A DNA stretch of 64,000 nt from assembly GCA_905331295.1 (NCBI GenBank), contig CAJNYD010000223.1:62001-126000 (forward strand). The letters run 5' to 3'. How positions within the stretch are numbered: the stretch's first letter is position 1; every line of letters begins with the position of its first letter. Of this stretch, positions 37,727-51,166 are shown piece after piece. The DNA comes from Rotaria socialis. Taxonomy: Eukaryota. Both the position numbers and the translations under genes were made by a program. The notes beneath the pieces are model-generated. The model was not told where the DNA came from, did no database searches, and was given only the letters and a program-made list of their open reading frames with translations.

Positions 37727-39654
37727 AGATGCTTCAACTCCATAAAATGTAATGACAATGATGACGAAACTGCGGAAATGTAAAGAATAATTTTTATAAT
37801 ATACTACTAGTAGTTTTTATTTTCTTGTCTTGCTCTAGTGACGATGACGAAAGTACATCGGAAACAATTACACTGGAAGATGTCAAGACAAAAGTGATGA
37901 TACTCAATAATAATATACAAGATACTATGTGGTTTGTTTAAATATACATGGTTGTCTTTTTTTGTCTATAATCATTTACTTGAGCGTGAAAAGAGAATAA
38001 AACAAATCTTGATCATTTTTTCGCAGTGTGTAAGAAAATAGAAAAATGTTCTCTTAGAAATTAATTTTACAATATCCGGTGGCATCATAAATATTATTGA
38101 CTGAGTTGTGAAATTAGGCGTTCCAGTTGATGATTATTTTGAAGACTTTTATCTGTCACACTGGTGAACACAATGGCTAAGTGAGAAAAATATGTTTGAT
38201 AGCTACTATCTTCATTCATTTAACTGAATTGTGGAGACATTTTAGGTATTTTCTATCAGAGACATGCATCGTACCTAAAACAGAAGGTGGAAAAGATGGC
38301 GTAAGATTTAAAATAGTGACATTATATACGTAGCTTTCAAGAAGAGAGGTCGCACATCATTATTGAACACAGGTTGATCATCATAAGGTCTAGATTTAGA
38401 AGAAGAAACGCTGATATAACTTCGAATGTCACGTATCTTGCTGTTTATCATCAAAATCATTCATTCAAGTTCAAACTTTGCTGTTTCTCCTTTGGTCGAA
38501 AATAAAAATGGTACTAATTTCGAAAAATAACTGCGTCGAAAACCGTATGCTTAGTAACGCTGATTCAGGATATATTAGTAGACTTCTTCATGGCAACCGT
38601 ACTATTATCTTTTCTATTTGTTCATGTCTTTGAATACGAATAATCCGTAAAACTTTTGCCAGTGTCTATATGATTATTTCATGTTTTATTTTGTTTCGCT
38701 GTTCATCAATAATGAACATAACAATGAAGTATGATTTCACACGATGTGTACAAACGAGTAGCGACATGAACGTAAAAATATATTATTCTTTTATTGCTTA
38801 GACATCTGTTGAAACCTTTCTAACGTCAATTTCCTATTCAACTGTATGGTATGCCAGGTTGAACAAAGGAATAGTTCCAACTCACATCAATGATTTATTC
38901 CATCAAGCATTTAAAAAATTCACGAAAACGTACACATCAAAGAAAACGTCAAACACCAGCACCAGAAGATTTTCAGCATACACCTGAATAGAAGCTAAAG
39001 GCACATACTCTCATAAATGATCTAATAAGTTTTGTGTCTTATATAGCGCTTTTAGGCAAGCATTCACTCGATGTCAAGGTCAAGATGATTAAAACGACCA
39101 GATCTGTCAAGTGTTCATAGAATATTTTACCAGTGATGAACAAATAAATGCTCTTATATAAATATACGATTATGAAAGACAAGCTTGGACGTTATCCGAT
39201 TAATGGAACAATGCGTCCCTCTTTTAGCCACCAAAGAATTCGCTCTTTCACAGTATGACGAAAGCGACGTGATGCAAACATGAAAATATAGAATCGTTCC
39301 TAAAACAAAAGTCAAAGTTGAAAATCAAGACGATCAACTTACTTCACCAAGTACTTACTACATAAGCAATTGAGGCAAAAAGTAAATAATGTTACAAGTC
39401 AATGTTTCTGTAGCTTTCAGGTCAGCATTCTTCTCAACATCAATCGTCATAAGTGCCTTAGCATTATAAATACCGTACGGAGTAAGGCCTAGTAAGGTAA
39501 GTCAATAATAAAGTAGAATATACATGAAGTCCGCCGATAATATAGTGCAGTCGTCAAAACGAATAGCTGCATCGTACTGCCAACAAGTTCCACAGTTATG
39601 ATGAATGGACCAACATAGAGCAGAAAAAATCGATTCATAGAAACTAACGACGTC

Positions 39655-39716
39655 ATGGCTGGGTGTGGGTGTGGGTGTCATTCCTCTCTTTATCCACACC
39701 AACACCCACACCCCAT
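39655..39716. repeat. Telomere-like-repeat hairpin
   Basis: GGGTGTGGGTGTGGGTGT ... ACACCAACACCCACACCC, a near-perfect 18-bp stem. Confidence 0.7.
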
Positions 39717-41594
39717 AGTGACTGCAAAGCAGTATAGAACACAGTCTTGAACCAACAATGAAAAATCATTCATAAAAATCAATTTCGTAATAAAAGAAAA
39801 GTAAATGTTGTATTTTATAAATTGATATCCATTGTGTAGAAAAATCAGAGATTTTTAAAGTTTTTCTGTTTTACTGTTTACTTCTATACGCTTTCTTTGT
39901 ATAGAGGATGTCTTATAAATAACATTTCAATATAAAAATATGAAATTATTCTGTACACTTGAATTCAGATTAATTAATATCTTTTGGTTAGTAATACAAG
40001 TCAATCCAAATTTTTCTCTTGCATAGAGATCACTTAATCAAATACTACTGTTGATCATCACTCCAAGTATCACGTAGCGAAGATCAATTGTTATCAAAGG
40101 AAAAAATATTAGTAAATTTCAGGGCGACGACATCAGAGATAAGATACCTGCTCTATTGCTATGAGTATTTAAAACTATAATAAATTGAAGCTTGTCTTAC
40201 AGAAGATAACGTTACTTTCTTAAGATAAGTATAAAAAGAGAATTTTATCAAAAAAGACAGAAGAAAACTTCGACATGTAAGTATTTTCTTTCCATAGCGG
40301 TTTTACAGTGGTTGTACTGTTCTTCTTTAACATTCCATATAGTTGCTTTCGTATTGCTAACCGTTCGCAATGAAAAATCAAGAGCTTTAACTAAAATCTA
40401 AATGAAGTTGAAAACTGTTTGCTTAATCAGATGAAACTGACCTGTTTGATTGGTTTCATATTTTTATTTAATCTACTTATACCAGTTTTTATACTGTACT
40501 GTAAACAATCTTTTATAAAATGTTTATTATTACCAAGTTTCAAATTATTAAGATGAGCATGTTCATCATCAATTCGAATAGAAACTAAATATATCCTACG
40601 CCATTTCTTTTTTCTGTGGTCCATCGGCAAGATACTTGTAATTATACTTCATATATGAAGAAGTGCTCTTCGTTGCAAAACATTTGATGTTACAAAAATT
40701 CTGTTGAAGTCAGCCATTTGTCTTGTGCTGCTTGCAATAGGGCCAGAAAATTATGGTAATGAATCCTATAGTTTGAGTTTACTGACGTCAGAATGCTTGT
40801 TCAATCTTGTGATTTTACAAAGGAGTTTGCGGTCATTAGTCTTTCGATGAAATGAATATTCAAGGTTGCATTCTTTCTAGAGATGATTAAATGCAGACTA
40901 TTGACAAGAACGTGCACATACTTTTCGACTCTAAGAGCAATGTATGAATTTCACATGAAGAAGAGCAGTGAATTATTATTCACAGGTTTTCAATTACAAT
41001 TTTGTTGTGTTATTTGTTTCGAGTGTAATGTTTAAAATAGAAAAGTAATAAAAAGGAACCACGGAGTTCCTTAGAAATGTGCACAGCGGTGTTTTACTCT
41101 TAATTATGCACATGTCTTACGAAAAAGCCTATAATCACTCACTAATCACATCAATACGAACTCTCATTCTCTTATTCATAATTGTGAATCATGTTGATGT
41201 TAGTATCTATTTTCGATGTTACAGAGTTGAAAAATAAATCAGCATGAAAAACCGGGCTTATTTTTCTCGCTAACAGAGAGTAAAATAGATTGGTTGGTAT
41301 TTTAATTCTAGTAACAACATGACAGTTAGAAGAAAGAATAGAATGTGGTTAAAGTAAACAAAAAAAGAATGATTGCTTCATCAAACTGAAACTCAAGCAA
41401 CAGTATATAAGAAGGCATGCGCTAACAGCGAGATTCAAAGAGACTTTTGAAATTATTTGTTGTTTCAAATATATAACTTTAATGTGCAATTGGAACGTTA
41501 TTCCAAAGTTGGTGAGTAACTATTTTACGAAATCACTTAACAATCGACTAAAACATATAGGCATCATCATCCCATGTCCATGTTAATTTAAATA

Positions 41595-42309
41595 ATGTCG
41601 CTTCCGCACCGAAAAAAGTTACGTGAGCAAATCGATTCTTTCTGAGATGATAGTTTTAATAATATGCATACTCTTTCTAATAAAAGGGTAACTGTTCCTT
41701 CGAAAATATTCATAGTCGTTACTGCTACTGTTGTAGTAGTCCTTATTATGGCTTCAGTTTTAGTATCAGTATTCCTTGTGCTTACTTATGCAGGACCATT
41801 CGCAACAACCAGCTGTAGCTAGTTTTTCAAAAATTTCATGTCCCATATTCTTTCCTTTTATTTTTAGTATCGAGCACAACCACTACAACTACGACAACAA
41901 CTACAACTACAACTACAACAACAACGACTAATGGTGGACCATCTGAATGCTCATCTTATACAACAATCAATGATGTGACACGTTTAACAGTAGCCGCTGC
42001 TGGAAGTGGATGCGATAGAACTCTATTCAGCTCATATACGACCTGGGTTCGATTTAATGGGGCTAGTGGAACTCAATTAGCAACATCTGCCCCAGCTTCA
42101 AATCAATGTGGTGCTCAAGGTACTGGTTGGTATTCAGGTTCACTGCCAGCATCAGGTGTCTCTAATAGTGGAACGGTGTGCTATGTTTGGAATTCGAACA
42201 ATTGTAATTGGTCAAATACGATTCAAGTAACAAATTGCGGTTCATTTCATTTTATGTATGGGATCTTATTAGTCCACCGGTTTGCAGCCTCCGTTATTGT
42301 ACTGCATAA
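41595..42309 (+). pseudogene. Type II membrane protein with Thr-rich stalk and uromodulin/GP2/OIT3-like D8C (Cys8) domain, frameshifted near the C-terminus
   Basis: TM exon (IFIVVTATVVVVLIMASVLVSVFLVL), poly-Thr stalk, then C..Y..I.D..R, CD, WVRF.G..GTQL, CG...TGW, VCY.W..NNC.WS..IQVTNCG. A TTCAT duplication at 42241-42250 shifts away the expected YVWDLISPPVCSLRYCTA* ending. Confidence 0.75.
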
Positions 42310-42875
42310 GCAAAAGGATTTGATATAGTTTTGATGCATTTTTTTTGTACATTTCTATCGAAATCAAATGTGATTGAAAATAAAACAGTGAAAATTTGAA
42401 ATCCAGTATAACTTTTCTAACGGTATTAAAATGCTATTAGGTTCTCTGCTAGTATTTTTCTTTTCTTTTCTTTTCTATTACAGCTCTGATCAGTCAGATT
42501 ATAAATCTTGCACGAAATGTTAGAACAAAGCGTGAAAGTTTCTACGGAGAAAGTGAAGCTCCCATGGACTCTGCTAAAATTAAAGAATCCAATAACCTTT
42601 ATTGCCCATCGATTTCTTCAGGGTGTAGCAGTTTAAAACATACTGAGCACGCCATAACGGTGCGCACGAAACAACAAGTATCTTTGCTTCTTACGAATCA
42701 TTGTAGCTTTCGATATAACTCTAGCAGCATAGAATCAATATCTTCACAGCTTCTTCCTTTACAAATATATATAATTTATCTTAAACTTTCTTTCATTCGA
42801 TGAAAAAAGAGTGAGTATCTCTGTTAAATTAGATGGATCCATATCGGTAAAAATGAAAAATGTCATCTTCAATTG

Positions 42876-43600
42876 TCATAAATTAGATGAAGATCTGTTG
42901 AACCTGATACTGCATCTTTGTTTTTGTTATAGAATAGTTGCATTATGCATGAAAATCGGCATTTAACACGCTAGAGGAATTGTGCAGCACATTATGATAA
43001 TATATAGTTTTTGTCCTTGAATAGTTTTACTTGCACATCAGGAATCATTGTAGCATAGGTTGGTGCAGGAACGTATTGGCAAATGCATTTTTTTTCGATT
43101 TCAGCATTTGTATTTGCGAAGAATATATGTTTAAGTGTACTCAACGATGCTCTCCTGCAATTTTAAAATAATTAAAAATTCATCTGTCAGTGTTTCATAA
43201 AACTATGACAAAAACCCTCCCGAAGGTTTTTGAATTTTTTTTAAATTTAAAAACACGTATTTCCCAATGGCATGCACACGATCTGTTAGCTGAGCTTCGA
43301 TCCTTCCTATAATTCCTATGAAAAATGAAAAATAAAGTGCACTATTGCTAAAAAAAAGCTTTTTAATCATAGTTTTGAAGTTTTTAAACAAATCGATTCG
43401 ATACCTAGTGATTCTTTCATATAATCCGAATATTTTACAGGGGCATTCTTTTTAATACAATTCCTTTTCACACTATCAAACGTACTAAATTTAAAAAATG
43501 ACTCTCAATTAAATGATATTCAAACAAAGTAAGATAGTCTTTACAAATGCTTGTATGCTTGTTAGAAGCTTTTATTGTTCTCTATTACATGCACGTACGT
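42876..43600 (+). repeat. Copy 2 of the ~730-760-bp duplicated non-coding segment
   Basis: Direct repeat of 30091-30853 with scattered substitutions and small indels. Confidence 0.92.
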
Positions 43601-44310
43601 ACATGGTCTTGTTTAAGCGTAACTCTGTGATAGTTAAAAAGTTCGTTCATACATCTTTTGATGCAACTGGTCGTGCTTGATTTATGCCATGAAAAGCTCC
43701 TATTTATTCAGGACCTCTAGTAAAATACAATTTCTTGTGATACTATTTCTCCAAATGAAACACTTTTAGATCTATTTGGGTAGTGCTTTGACTGGGATTT
43801 CAAACGTTAAAATAGTTTTCTCTAAACTTTTCTGCTTTTATAAAAAGTAAAAATAACCGAACGTGACGTTTTTAGTAACGTTGAAACACAGTGTTTTATT
43901 CACCCATTTGGGACAGTTAGCATAATCAGAATGATTCCATTTATTGTCAGAAAGAAGTATAATGAAATCGTGAGAAAAATTTAGTGGTCAAGTTAATTTG
44001 ATCCCGAAAAAGTTTAAAGCAATATTTTATTTGAATTTAAACAAGAAATGTTCAACATCCCAATATTTTTCTCGTTTTTTATGCCTTTGTCTGTAGTTAT
44101 AAAAAAAAATGTTTGATCCTATTCAAATTCCTACTTTTCAAAAGCGTGCAATCCGAGGCCAGAGTCATCTTTAATACGATTCGTTGTCAACAAATCGAGC
44201 ATATATGCAATGCGAAATTTACTTAATCGTATTACATCCTTTCGATCTGTGATTTATTTTTCTTTCAGACTCTCATTCAGATTGACCTTTATTTATTGAC
44301 ATACGGGAAT

Positions 44311-44428
44311 CAGAGACGTGCGCAGGACAGGACGGTCCTGTTGTCCTGTCCTGCCGCCCGCCAAGACCAATGTAGCAAACAGGATAGGCAAGAACAGGAG
44401 AGAAAATTATGCCCTTTGCACGTCTCTG
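44311..44428. mobile_element. 118-bp hAT-type MITE
   Basis: Perfect 11-bp TIR CAGAGACGTGC / GCACGTCTCTG. Perfect 8-bp TSD ACGGGAAT (44303-44310, 44429-44436). Internal CAGGA(C) repeats. Confidence 0.92.
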
Positions 44429-45245
44429 ACGGGAATAAAAATCAATTGTTTAGCATCCTCTTATATATTTACATTCATAATATTCAGTTATAGGAATGAG
44501 AATGAAGAAACAAATCCGACATGTAAATTGTCCGCGTCTGAATTCCACTCTTCTTCTTTTTTCTTTCAGTTCGATTCTTTTTCAACTTGAATGAAAAGTC
44601 TGAAACAAGCATGATAGTCGATACTGCTCTTCTTCATCTTGTTATATAATAACAGTAACATGCTAACAACTTTCATGTATAGCCTTGATTTTTTTATTTC
44701 ATCTTTTGCATTAGCACGAGCTTTTTCTTTACATTTATTGTCTTTTCAATCTATATCATTTTTTTAATTTTGTGTCTTCTGCATTGTGCAACTTTGATTT
44801 TTTATATCGTACAGGATATCTTTTCGCGTATAAATACATAGGTAGATAGCTAAATAAATAGTTTCATAGGTTATTCAATAATCATATATATATATATGAA
44901 TAGATAAATATACAGATGCGTATGTAGTTGCTTAACCAGAAAAAATCATAAAGTGTGAGATCACGGATGAGTTCGAGTAGGATATATTGTATAAGTCCCC
45001 TAGGTTCATGTTTCAGTCCTGCTTGGAATCAGTAGTTAGCGAGAATAGTTCATTGCAAAATTTGAAGATAATGTGACTGTCTTCATTCTAAAATAAAAAA
45101 TATATTCAATTTTTATAACAAGCTGTTATTATTGAGCACGATTTCTGTGCAACATCTTAAAGCAGGTTTCTAAAATCAAACTGTTTTTATGTGGCTGAAT
45201 ACACAACATCTTCCCTGCAAAATTATAGTAAGCGTGTAGTACCCA

Positions 45246-45365
45246 CCCAGGTCGATTGTTCCGACCGCAGGATATTGTAGGAACCGGCGGGAAAATACCG
45301 GGCGCCACCCGAGCACTGCTTCTGTTTTTCAGCGATTTTCTGACCTTATACCGCCACGACCTGGG
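45246..45365 (+). mobile_element. MITE of the CCCAGGTCG-TIR family, internally deleted copy
   Basis: TIR CCCAGGTCG / CGACCTGGG. Shares GGATATTGTAGGAAC and ACTGCTTC blocks with 50869-51166 and 63467-63785. Confidence 0.8.
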
Positions 45366-45894
45366 CTGAGCTAAAATAAATTAACAGTTCAACTTATTTT
45401 TTGGGATAGGTATGTTTCATTAGATATTGCATGATGAGAGTGTTATTCTTATTTCAAATTGATTTAATAGTGTTCATTCTTTCGTTTTTAGCATATGCAT
45501 ATCAACAATCTGCGTAGAAATTCAGAATAACGAAGCTACAATTTCGACACTAAATAGGTGAAACTATCATGATATTCGAACTTCGAAGCAAAAACATCAT
45601 ACCTGAAAAATGTGAAGCAAACATTGTTATCTATCATTATTTGCACCGTACATTATCTGCGCCAGCAATATTTTTATACGCTGATATACTCGGTACTCGA
45701 CATAACAAAAACAATTTCGTTTGCCAAATTTTATTGTTGAGTTACATTTAGAGAGTAGTTGCCGAATTCGACTTCGAAAATAAAAGAAATCTTCTGAAAA
45801 TCCTATTATGCACAGACAAACGATAAAGATAAATTTTATCGTATTTATAAACTTTACAATTCGAATTGAAGCATCCATATAAGTAAGGCAAAAG

Positions 45895-47171
45895 AGCAAA
45901 AGATAAAATTTTATCGTATAGTTATAAATTTTATAATTCGAATTGAGGCACTAATATAAGCCCACTCGCACACTCACGAAATCCGTCGCTGCATTCACCG
46001 TTGCACAATGTCCTTGCACGCCCACCAGTCCATTCGCGACACCCACAGTTGAACGATATACCGATACTCTTTTCCAGCAAGAATAGTCATTGCCATCGCA
46101 GGTAATGAGTAAGCTATCTCGGATAACTATGCTGCGATCATTCGTCAGTTTCCAGCAACTCATATCAGAATGCTACCGAGCTGCCTACGTTCACTTTTTG
46201 CATTATTGCGGTGGCTTTGAATATTCGTGAGGTTACTAACAACATTTCTGAGATTTCTAGTAACACTTCCGACGATGATAGTAGCATACTGGAGGTTCCT
46301 AATAGTATTCCTATGATTACTAGTTACACACCTGAGATTGCTAAAACCATGCCAGCCGTTCCAATAAGTATTCCTACGGATCCTCGAAGCATACCTCAGT
46401 GTGGGACTCGCTTCCTACAAAGTTAAATAACATCCACAGGATAACTTCTGGTTCTGGGTGAAAACGCTGTGGCCATTGGAAGATGGATATGTGATACCTA
46501 TTCTGACGTTCCTCTTTAGGGTTATCAACGAATGTGATGAGGATCGATTTGACTGTGCACACACAGACCCTTTTTTGGTCGCGGCTCTGTGGGGGACGCT
46601 TCATGCCCCCACACCGCGACGCTAAAATAAAAGCGTGTGTAAGTAATGTGCTGAGTTTCGCTAAGACTCTTGTCATGTTAATACTAAAAATCACAGCAAA
46701 CTGTTTCGCTATGACCAAAGGGAGTGGACGTTGGCTGAGCGGATAGTAAAATCTGTGAAAATATGATAATAGCGTATAGTCCCATTGTGGCAGATGGTCA
46801 GCTCACCGTAGTATCATATTGACGTGTGACAAAATGCGGCGCCGCGCTCATAGCAAACATGAAATCTTTAGCTAAAGATGTGCCCCATGCTGCTCTGCAC
46901 TTCAGCCAGCAGCTATCTTTACGATATAGAAACTTATCCGGTCGGTCATTTAGATGTGGTGTTCACAATATGTAGCAGTTATCCTTTACTAAACAGTTTC
47001 ATTATCCTGGTAGAAGAGTGTCGGATGTGTTGTTGTTGATTATACAAAGTTTTACTAGTGAACAGGTTCTGACCTGGTTCAGTTGTCGAGCAAGCACACT
47101 TTGAAATTTGCACTTTCTGAAACGCCATTCAACGATGCCTCAATTCGAATTATAAAATTTTATCTTTTGCT
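45895..47171. mobile_element. Degraded inverted-repeat-bounded element with GC-richer, stop-ridden interior
   Basis: AGCAAAAGATAAAATTTTAT...AATTCGAATTGAGGCA (45895-45950, preceded by a tandem variant from ~45825) recurs inverted at 47136-47171. The interior is visibly more GC-rich and has no intact ORF. Confidence 0.5.
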
Positions 47172-48076
47172 TGTTGCTGTAACTGTGTGAGTGCCCATTT
47201 TTTTATTTTCGAATTGATATTATGTAGTTGAACCTTCACTTATATTCGAATTCGAATTAGGCATCTCATGTGCAATTTGATGTCTAGAAGTAAGCTGGAT
47301 CGAGTGTTTATTTTTTAATTTGAGAAAAGAGCATAATTGGACGAATCCTAAAAAAATATACTTTGTTACGTACATCTTTAGATTAAATGGGAAGAGACTT
47401 TTTTTAAAAGCTGTGTGCTTGTAAAAAAATTCCATGAAAAACCTACCAAATTTACTGTGAATTTGATCAACCATTCAATAGTAAATTTTCAATTTAAACT
47501 ACCCAGGATGTTTATTTTTTGGCAGATACTGTACTTTTACCGATCACTTAGTTAGTTTGAAGAAAAACTAGCTTTATTTCAGAGCGTACGTACGAATAAA
47601 TTTCGTTCAGTGAAACACTATAGTCATCATCATATTTATGGAAGAGTGTCTTGCCTAGCCATTTTTGGAAACTCAATATAATTTTCAACAGCATCATTGA
47701 ACATTTCATTAGACAAAAAATAGTAATATTCTCAAGTTTTAATGCTTTAAGTGGATATAGCTTTTGGAGCACTTGGTAGATAAATAATTGATATTGATTT
47801 CGAAATTAAGTGAGATAGCCGGTATTTCTTGAATCAATATGCAGGAAGAGGTGAAGAATTCAGGTGTTCTCCATGGCGTACAATCAAAGCAATATGTTTT
47901 TTAATCATCTTGTTGAATACATGCGAAGCTTAGAAAGATTATTTCAATTGCAACAATCAACTGATAAATTTCAAAAAGTAGCACATCAAATAAATCGATG
48001 TTAATCTAGTGACAACAGCTGTTTTATTTGTGAAAGTTTTCAAAAAAGAAAACTTCTGTTTGATTTCCAGATAAAT

Positions 48077-49681
48077 ATGCCATTAATACCAACTGGATTT
48101 TCTCAAGTATGGAAACTATTTTCAGCGAAAGAAAAACGAAATATACTTGTGTACATCATTGGTATTATGCTGTACAAATTCGGCTTGGAAGCTTTCAATG
48201 GAGCGGTCGTTACACTAGCGACAAATCGATATGATCAAGATGCTTTTGAAGCACAAACACCATCGCGAACATTTGAACGAGTTGGCTTACTCTCGGGTCT
48301 TAATCAAGCATTTCAATGTTTCGGCTCTATTTTGATAGCACCGCTAATTAAACGTTGGCCAATACGTACCATTCTCTCTATATCAATCGTCGTTTTTGCT
48401 ATTTTTACAGCAATTTTAATGATTATAGATGCTGCGACTGGCGGATACATAAAACCAGCAAATTTTACACCACAACATCCGAATGATTTCAGTTACTATG
48501 GTCATTACAATACAGATTTGATCATTCCAATTTATTGTTTCACTGGAATCGTTTATGGAATGGTTGAATTGATTCGACGAATCATTCCACGAGATATTGT
48601 TGGTGGTGATGTAGAAAAATTACAACGGATGGATTCTGTAGTTCATATTTTCTATGAACTATCTGGTACTGCTGGAGCTTTCGCAACTGCTCTTGGTTTG
48701 ATCCCTCGACTAGGAAACAATTATGCCTTTATCATAACACCCATTTGTTTTACGGCGGCTGGGATCATTTGGTTTTTCCTAAGTTCTCTGAAGACTTCTC
48801 ATCCTTCTGAAAAAGAAGATTTAAATAACGATAAATCAGGTTATGTTAAATCCATCTTGGATAAATTTCTTCTGTTCGGAAAATCAGTTTATACTGGAGG
48901 AAAAATTATTTTTACCAAACGACGATTCATCTGGCTTTGGAGTGGTTACTCTGTGGCACTCTACTCGCATCGTTATCTTGAAAATGGTATAGCTCCACAA
49001 GTAGCAAAACGATATATGGAAAATTCTGCGTGGTCACAAATCATTGTAGGTGGTTCCAATTTCGGTGAATTGATCGGCGCTTTAACCGTTTTTCTTTTCG
49101 CCAATACCATCCGTACGCCAATGCCTTGGCTTCGCTTAGATGCAATATTATTAATGATCGTTTGGTATATTCCTTTTTTCTATCCTACAGTAAATGAAGT
49201 CAAATACGCCTGGATTATGGCTGCCACATTCATTCCAATCTCATTCGGATGGGCTGCTGGCGACGTTTCTCTTGGTGCCTATATTCAATCATCATTGACG
49301 AATGTGGAATCCCATGACAGTCATATTTCCCCACTTGGTGCTGTCATGGCATTTCTCTATTCGTCCTACATCGTCCTATATGCTATTGCTAATCCGTTGC
49401 TTGGAATCTACATCGACAGTGTTTATAATGCTCAGAAAACTATTAGACCTGCTCTGTTCTATACAGGTGGTGTTCAATTTACTATTGTATCAATTATGGT
49501 TTTTGCCTCGACATTTATTCCACGAGGTTCAATCGCATTCAATCCAAAAATGCTTAATAAACAGCTATATGATGCAGAGCATACAGGAGACGAAAAAATA
49601 GATGATTTGAATTCAGTAGAAAATTCTTTACACGAACACCCACCTGTGCACGACATTTTTGACCTTGATGCTTACTTCTGA
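48077..49681 (+). CDS. MFS-like multi-pass transporter, intronless, resembling a fungal protein family
   Basis: 534-aa ORF with about 12 hydrophobic segments in two halves around a hydrophilic loop. Motifs YKFGLEAFNG, GLNQAFQCFGSILIAPL, YGMVELIRRIIPRDIVGG, GWAAGDVSL. Confidence 0.85.
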   Translation: MPLIPTGFSQVWKLFSAKEKRNILVYIIGIMLYKFGLEAFNGAVVTLATNRYDQDAFEAQTPSRTFERVGLLSGLNQAFQCFGSILIAPLIKRWPIRTILSISIVVFAIFTAILMIIDAATGGYIKPANFTPQHPNDFSYYGHYNTDLIIPIYCFTGIVYGMVELIRRIIPRDIVGGDVEKLQRMDSVVHIFYELSGTAGAFATALGLIPRLGNNYAFIITPICFTAAGIIWFFLSSLKTSHPSEKEDLNNDKSGYVKSILDKFLLFGKSVYTGGKIIFTKRRFIWLWSGYSVALYSHRYLENGIAPQVAKRYMENSAWSQIIVGGSNFGELIGALTVFLFANTIRTPMPWLRLDAILLMIVWYIPFFYPTVNEVKYAWIMAATFIPISFGWAAGDVSLGAYIQSSLTNVESHDSHISPLGAVMAFLYSSYIVLYAIANPLLGIYIDSVYNAQKTIRPALFYTGGVQFTIVSIMVFASTFIPRGSIAFNPKMLNKQLYDAEHTGDEKIDDLNSVENSLHEHPPVHDIFDLDAYF

Positions 49682-50868
49682 GAGAACATTTATTATACTT
49701 TGAAAGCGGTACATTATTTTATTTGATGATTTAAAATGTTGTTCGTGATAGCACTCCAATAAAAGCGATCCCAATAAAAATTGTCTCATTAATCTTGTTT
49801 TTATCGATGTTTGATACTAGAATGAATCATGAAAGATTTTTCTGCGATATAGATTTTCGAATACCTATTTTATTTGAAAATCTCTAGTAACGAGAACATA
49901 TTCATAAGTATAACCAGCAATTTTCAGTCGCAACTCTCAATACATACACGTTGTCTTACATCAACGATTTTGACTGAAATACGATCAGTATGTCAGCGCA
50001 TTATTCTTCCGAAAAAGTTGTTTTAGTGTTGTAAATCAATAAAAAAAGACTTAATTGACCTATTTCTATTCTGAATTGATACTATTTCATTGAGAATATC
50101 CTAAACACTGGTTATTTAATCACAAGTTAACGATCATGATTTTTTAACTTAAAATTTCCAGTCTTGTGTCTACTAGACATGTAAATCATGTGAATATCGA
50201 TACCGTGAGAGATAAGTAATCAGAGAATGATTTTAATGTTTTAAGAACTTCACTCATGAAGTTTGTGGCTAGAACTATAGTTTTTACCTATGCTGTTTTG
50301 TTTTGAACAATATCACTGATGCATTCTACTGACATAACAAATATGTTTATCAGATTTCCCTTGGCGGGAGGATATTTGATGGAAACATCGATCGTTAGAC
50401 AGATTGACTTTAATTGAAACAGCATATTGAGAAACCATCAACGTTTATGCATAGAAAAAATAAAATAAAATGACTTGTTGCTTTTAATGCTATTTTTGTT
50501 ACTTTCATCATGTCTTCAGCATAAAAACGATGCATACATTTTCTCTCTTGTAGTTTTTTTTTGCATAAGCTAAATGAGCCTAAGTCGTTTTTTTCCCTAT
50601 CAATACACAAAAATTATGAATTCATCAAGTGACAAGTCAAACTACTAATATGTAAATTGATACATCAATCCTTCTTGAAATCTAACAGTTAGTATTCAAA
50701 ATTTTTATAACCATAGTTTAGTCTTACATGAGACTTTCATTAATTGATTTATGGATTAGATCGAAAAGCACTTGACCAATTATGTAAAATATTTACATTT
50801 CATCAATTACTTTAGTTTTTCATTTGTTATAACACTGCTATGGCGCATAAGAAAGAGAATACTAGATA

Positions 50869-51166
50869 TCCAGGTCGATCGTTCCGGTCACCGGATATTG
50901 TAGGAACTGGCCGGAAAAAGGCGAAAAAATCACCGTATTCCACAGGAAAACAGGGGAAGTCGTTGGAACCTGGAATCAGTATTCCCGTCGGACAAATTTC
51001 GGAGTTTTTCCCGATGATGTACTGTCAGTTTCTGCCGGACAGCACAGGAAGTTGACCGGAATCCACTGAAAAAAGATCCGAGAATTTCCGACCGGAATAC
51101 TGCTTCCACCTTCCAGCGATTTCCCGTGTTTTCCGGTCGTTTCCCGCCTTACTACCACGATCTGGG
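50869..51166 (+). mobile_element. MITE of the CCCAGGTCG-TIR family
   Basis: Ends TCCAGGTCG / CGATCTGGG. Internal inverted repeat (CAGTATTCCCGTCGGACAAATTTCGGA vs TCCGAGAATTTCCGACCGGAATACTG). GC-rich and CCGG-rich. Confidence 0.82.

Noticed and set aside
37740..39300. Exon-like fragments (e.g. KLGVPVDDYFEDFYLSHW*, ETCIVPKTEGGKDG) of a possible decayed gene
   Set aside because: Contain stops, no recognisable domain, and no consistent spliced model could be built.
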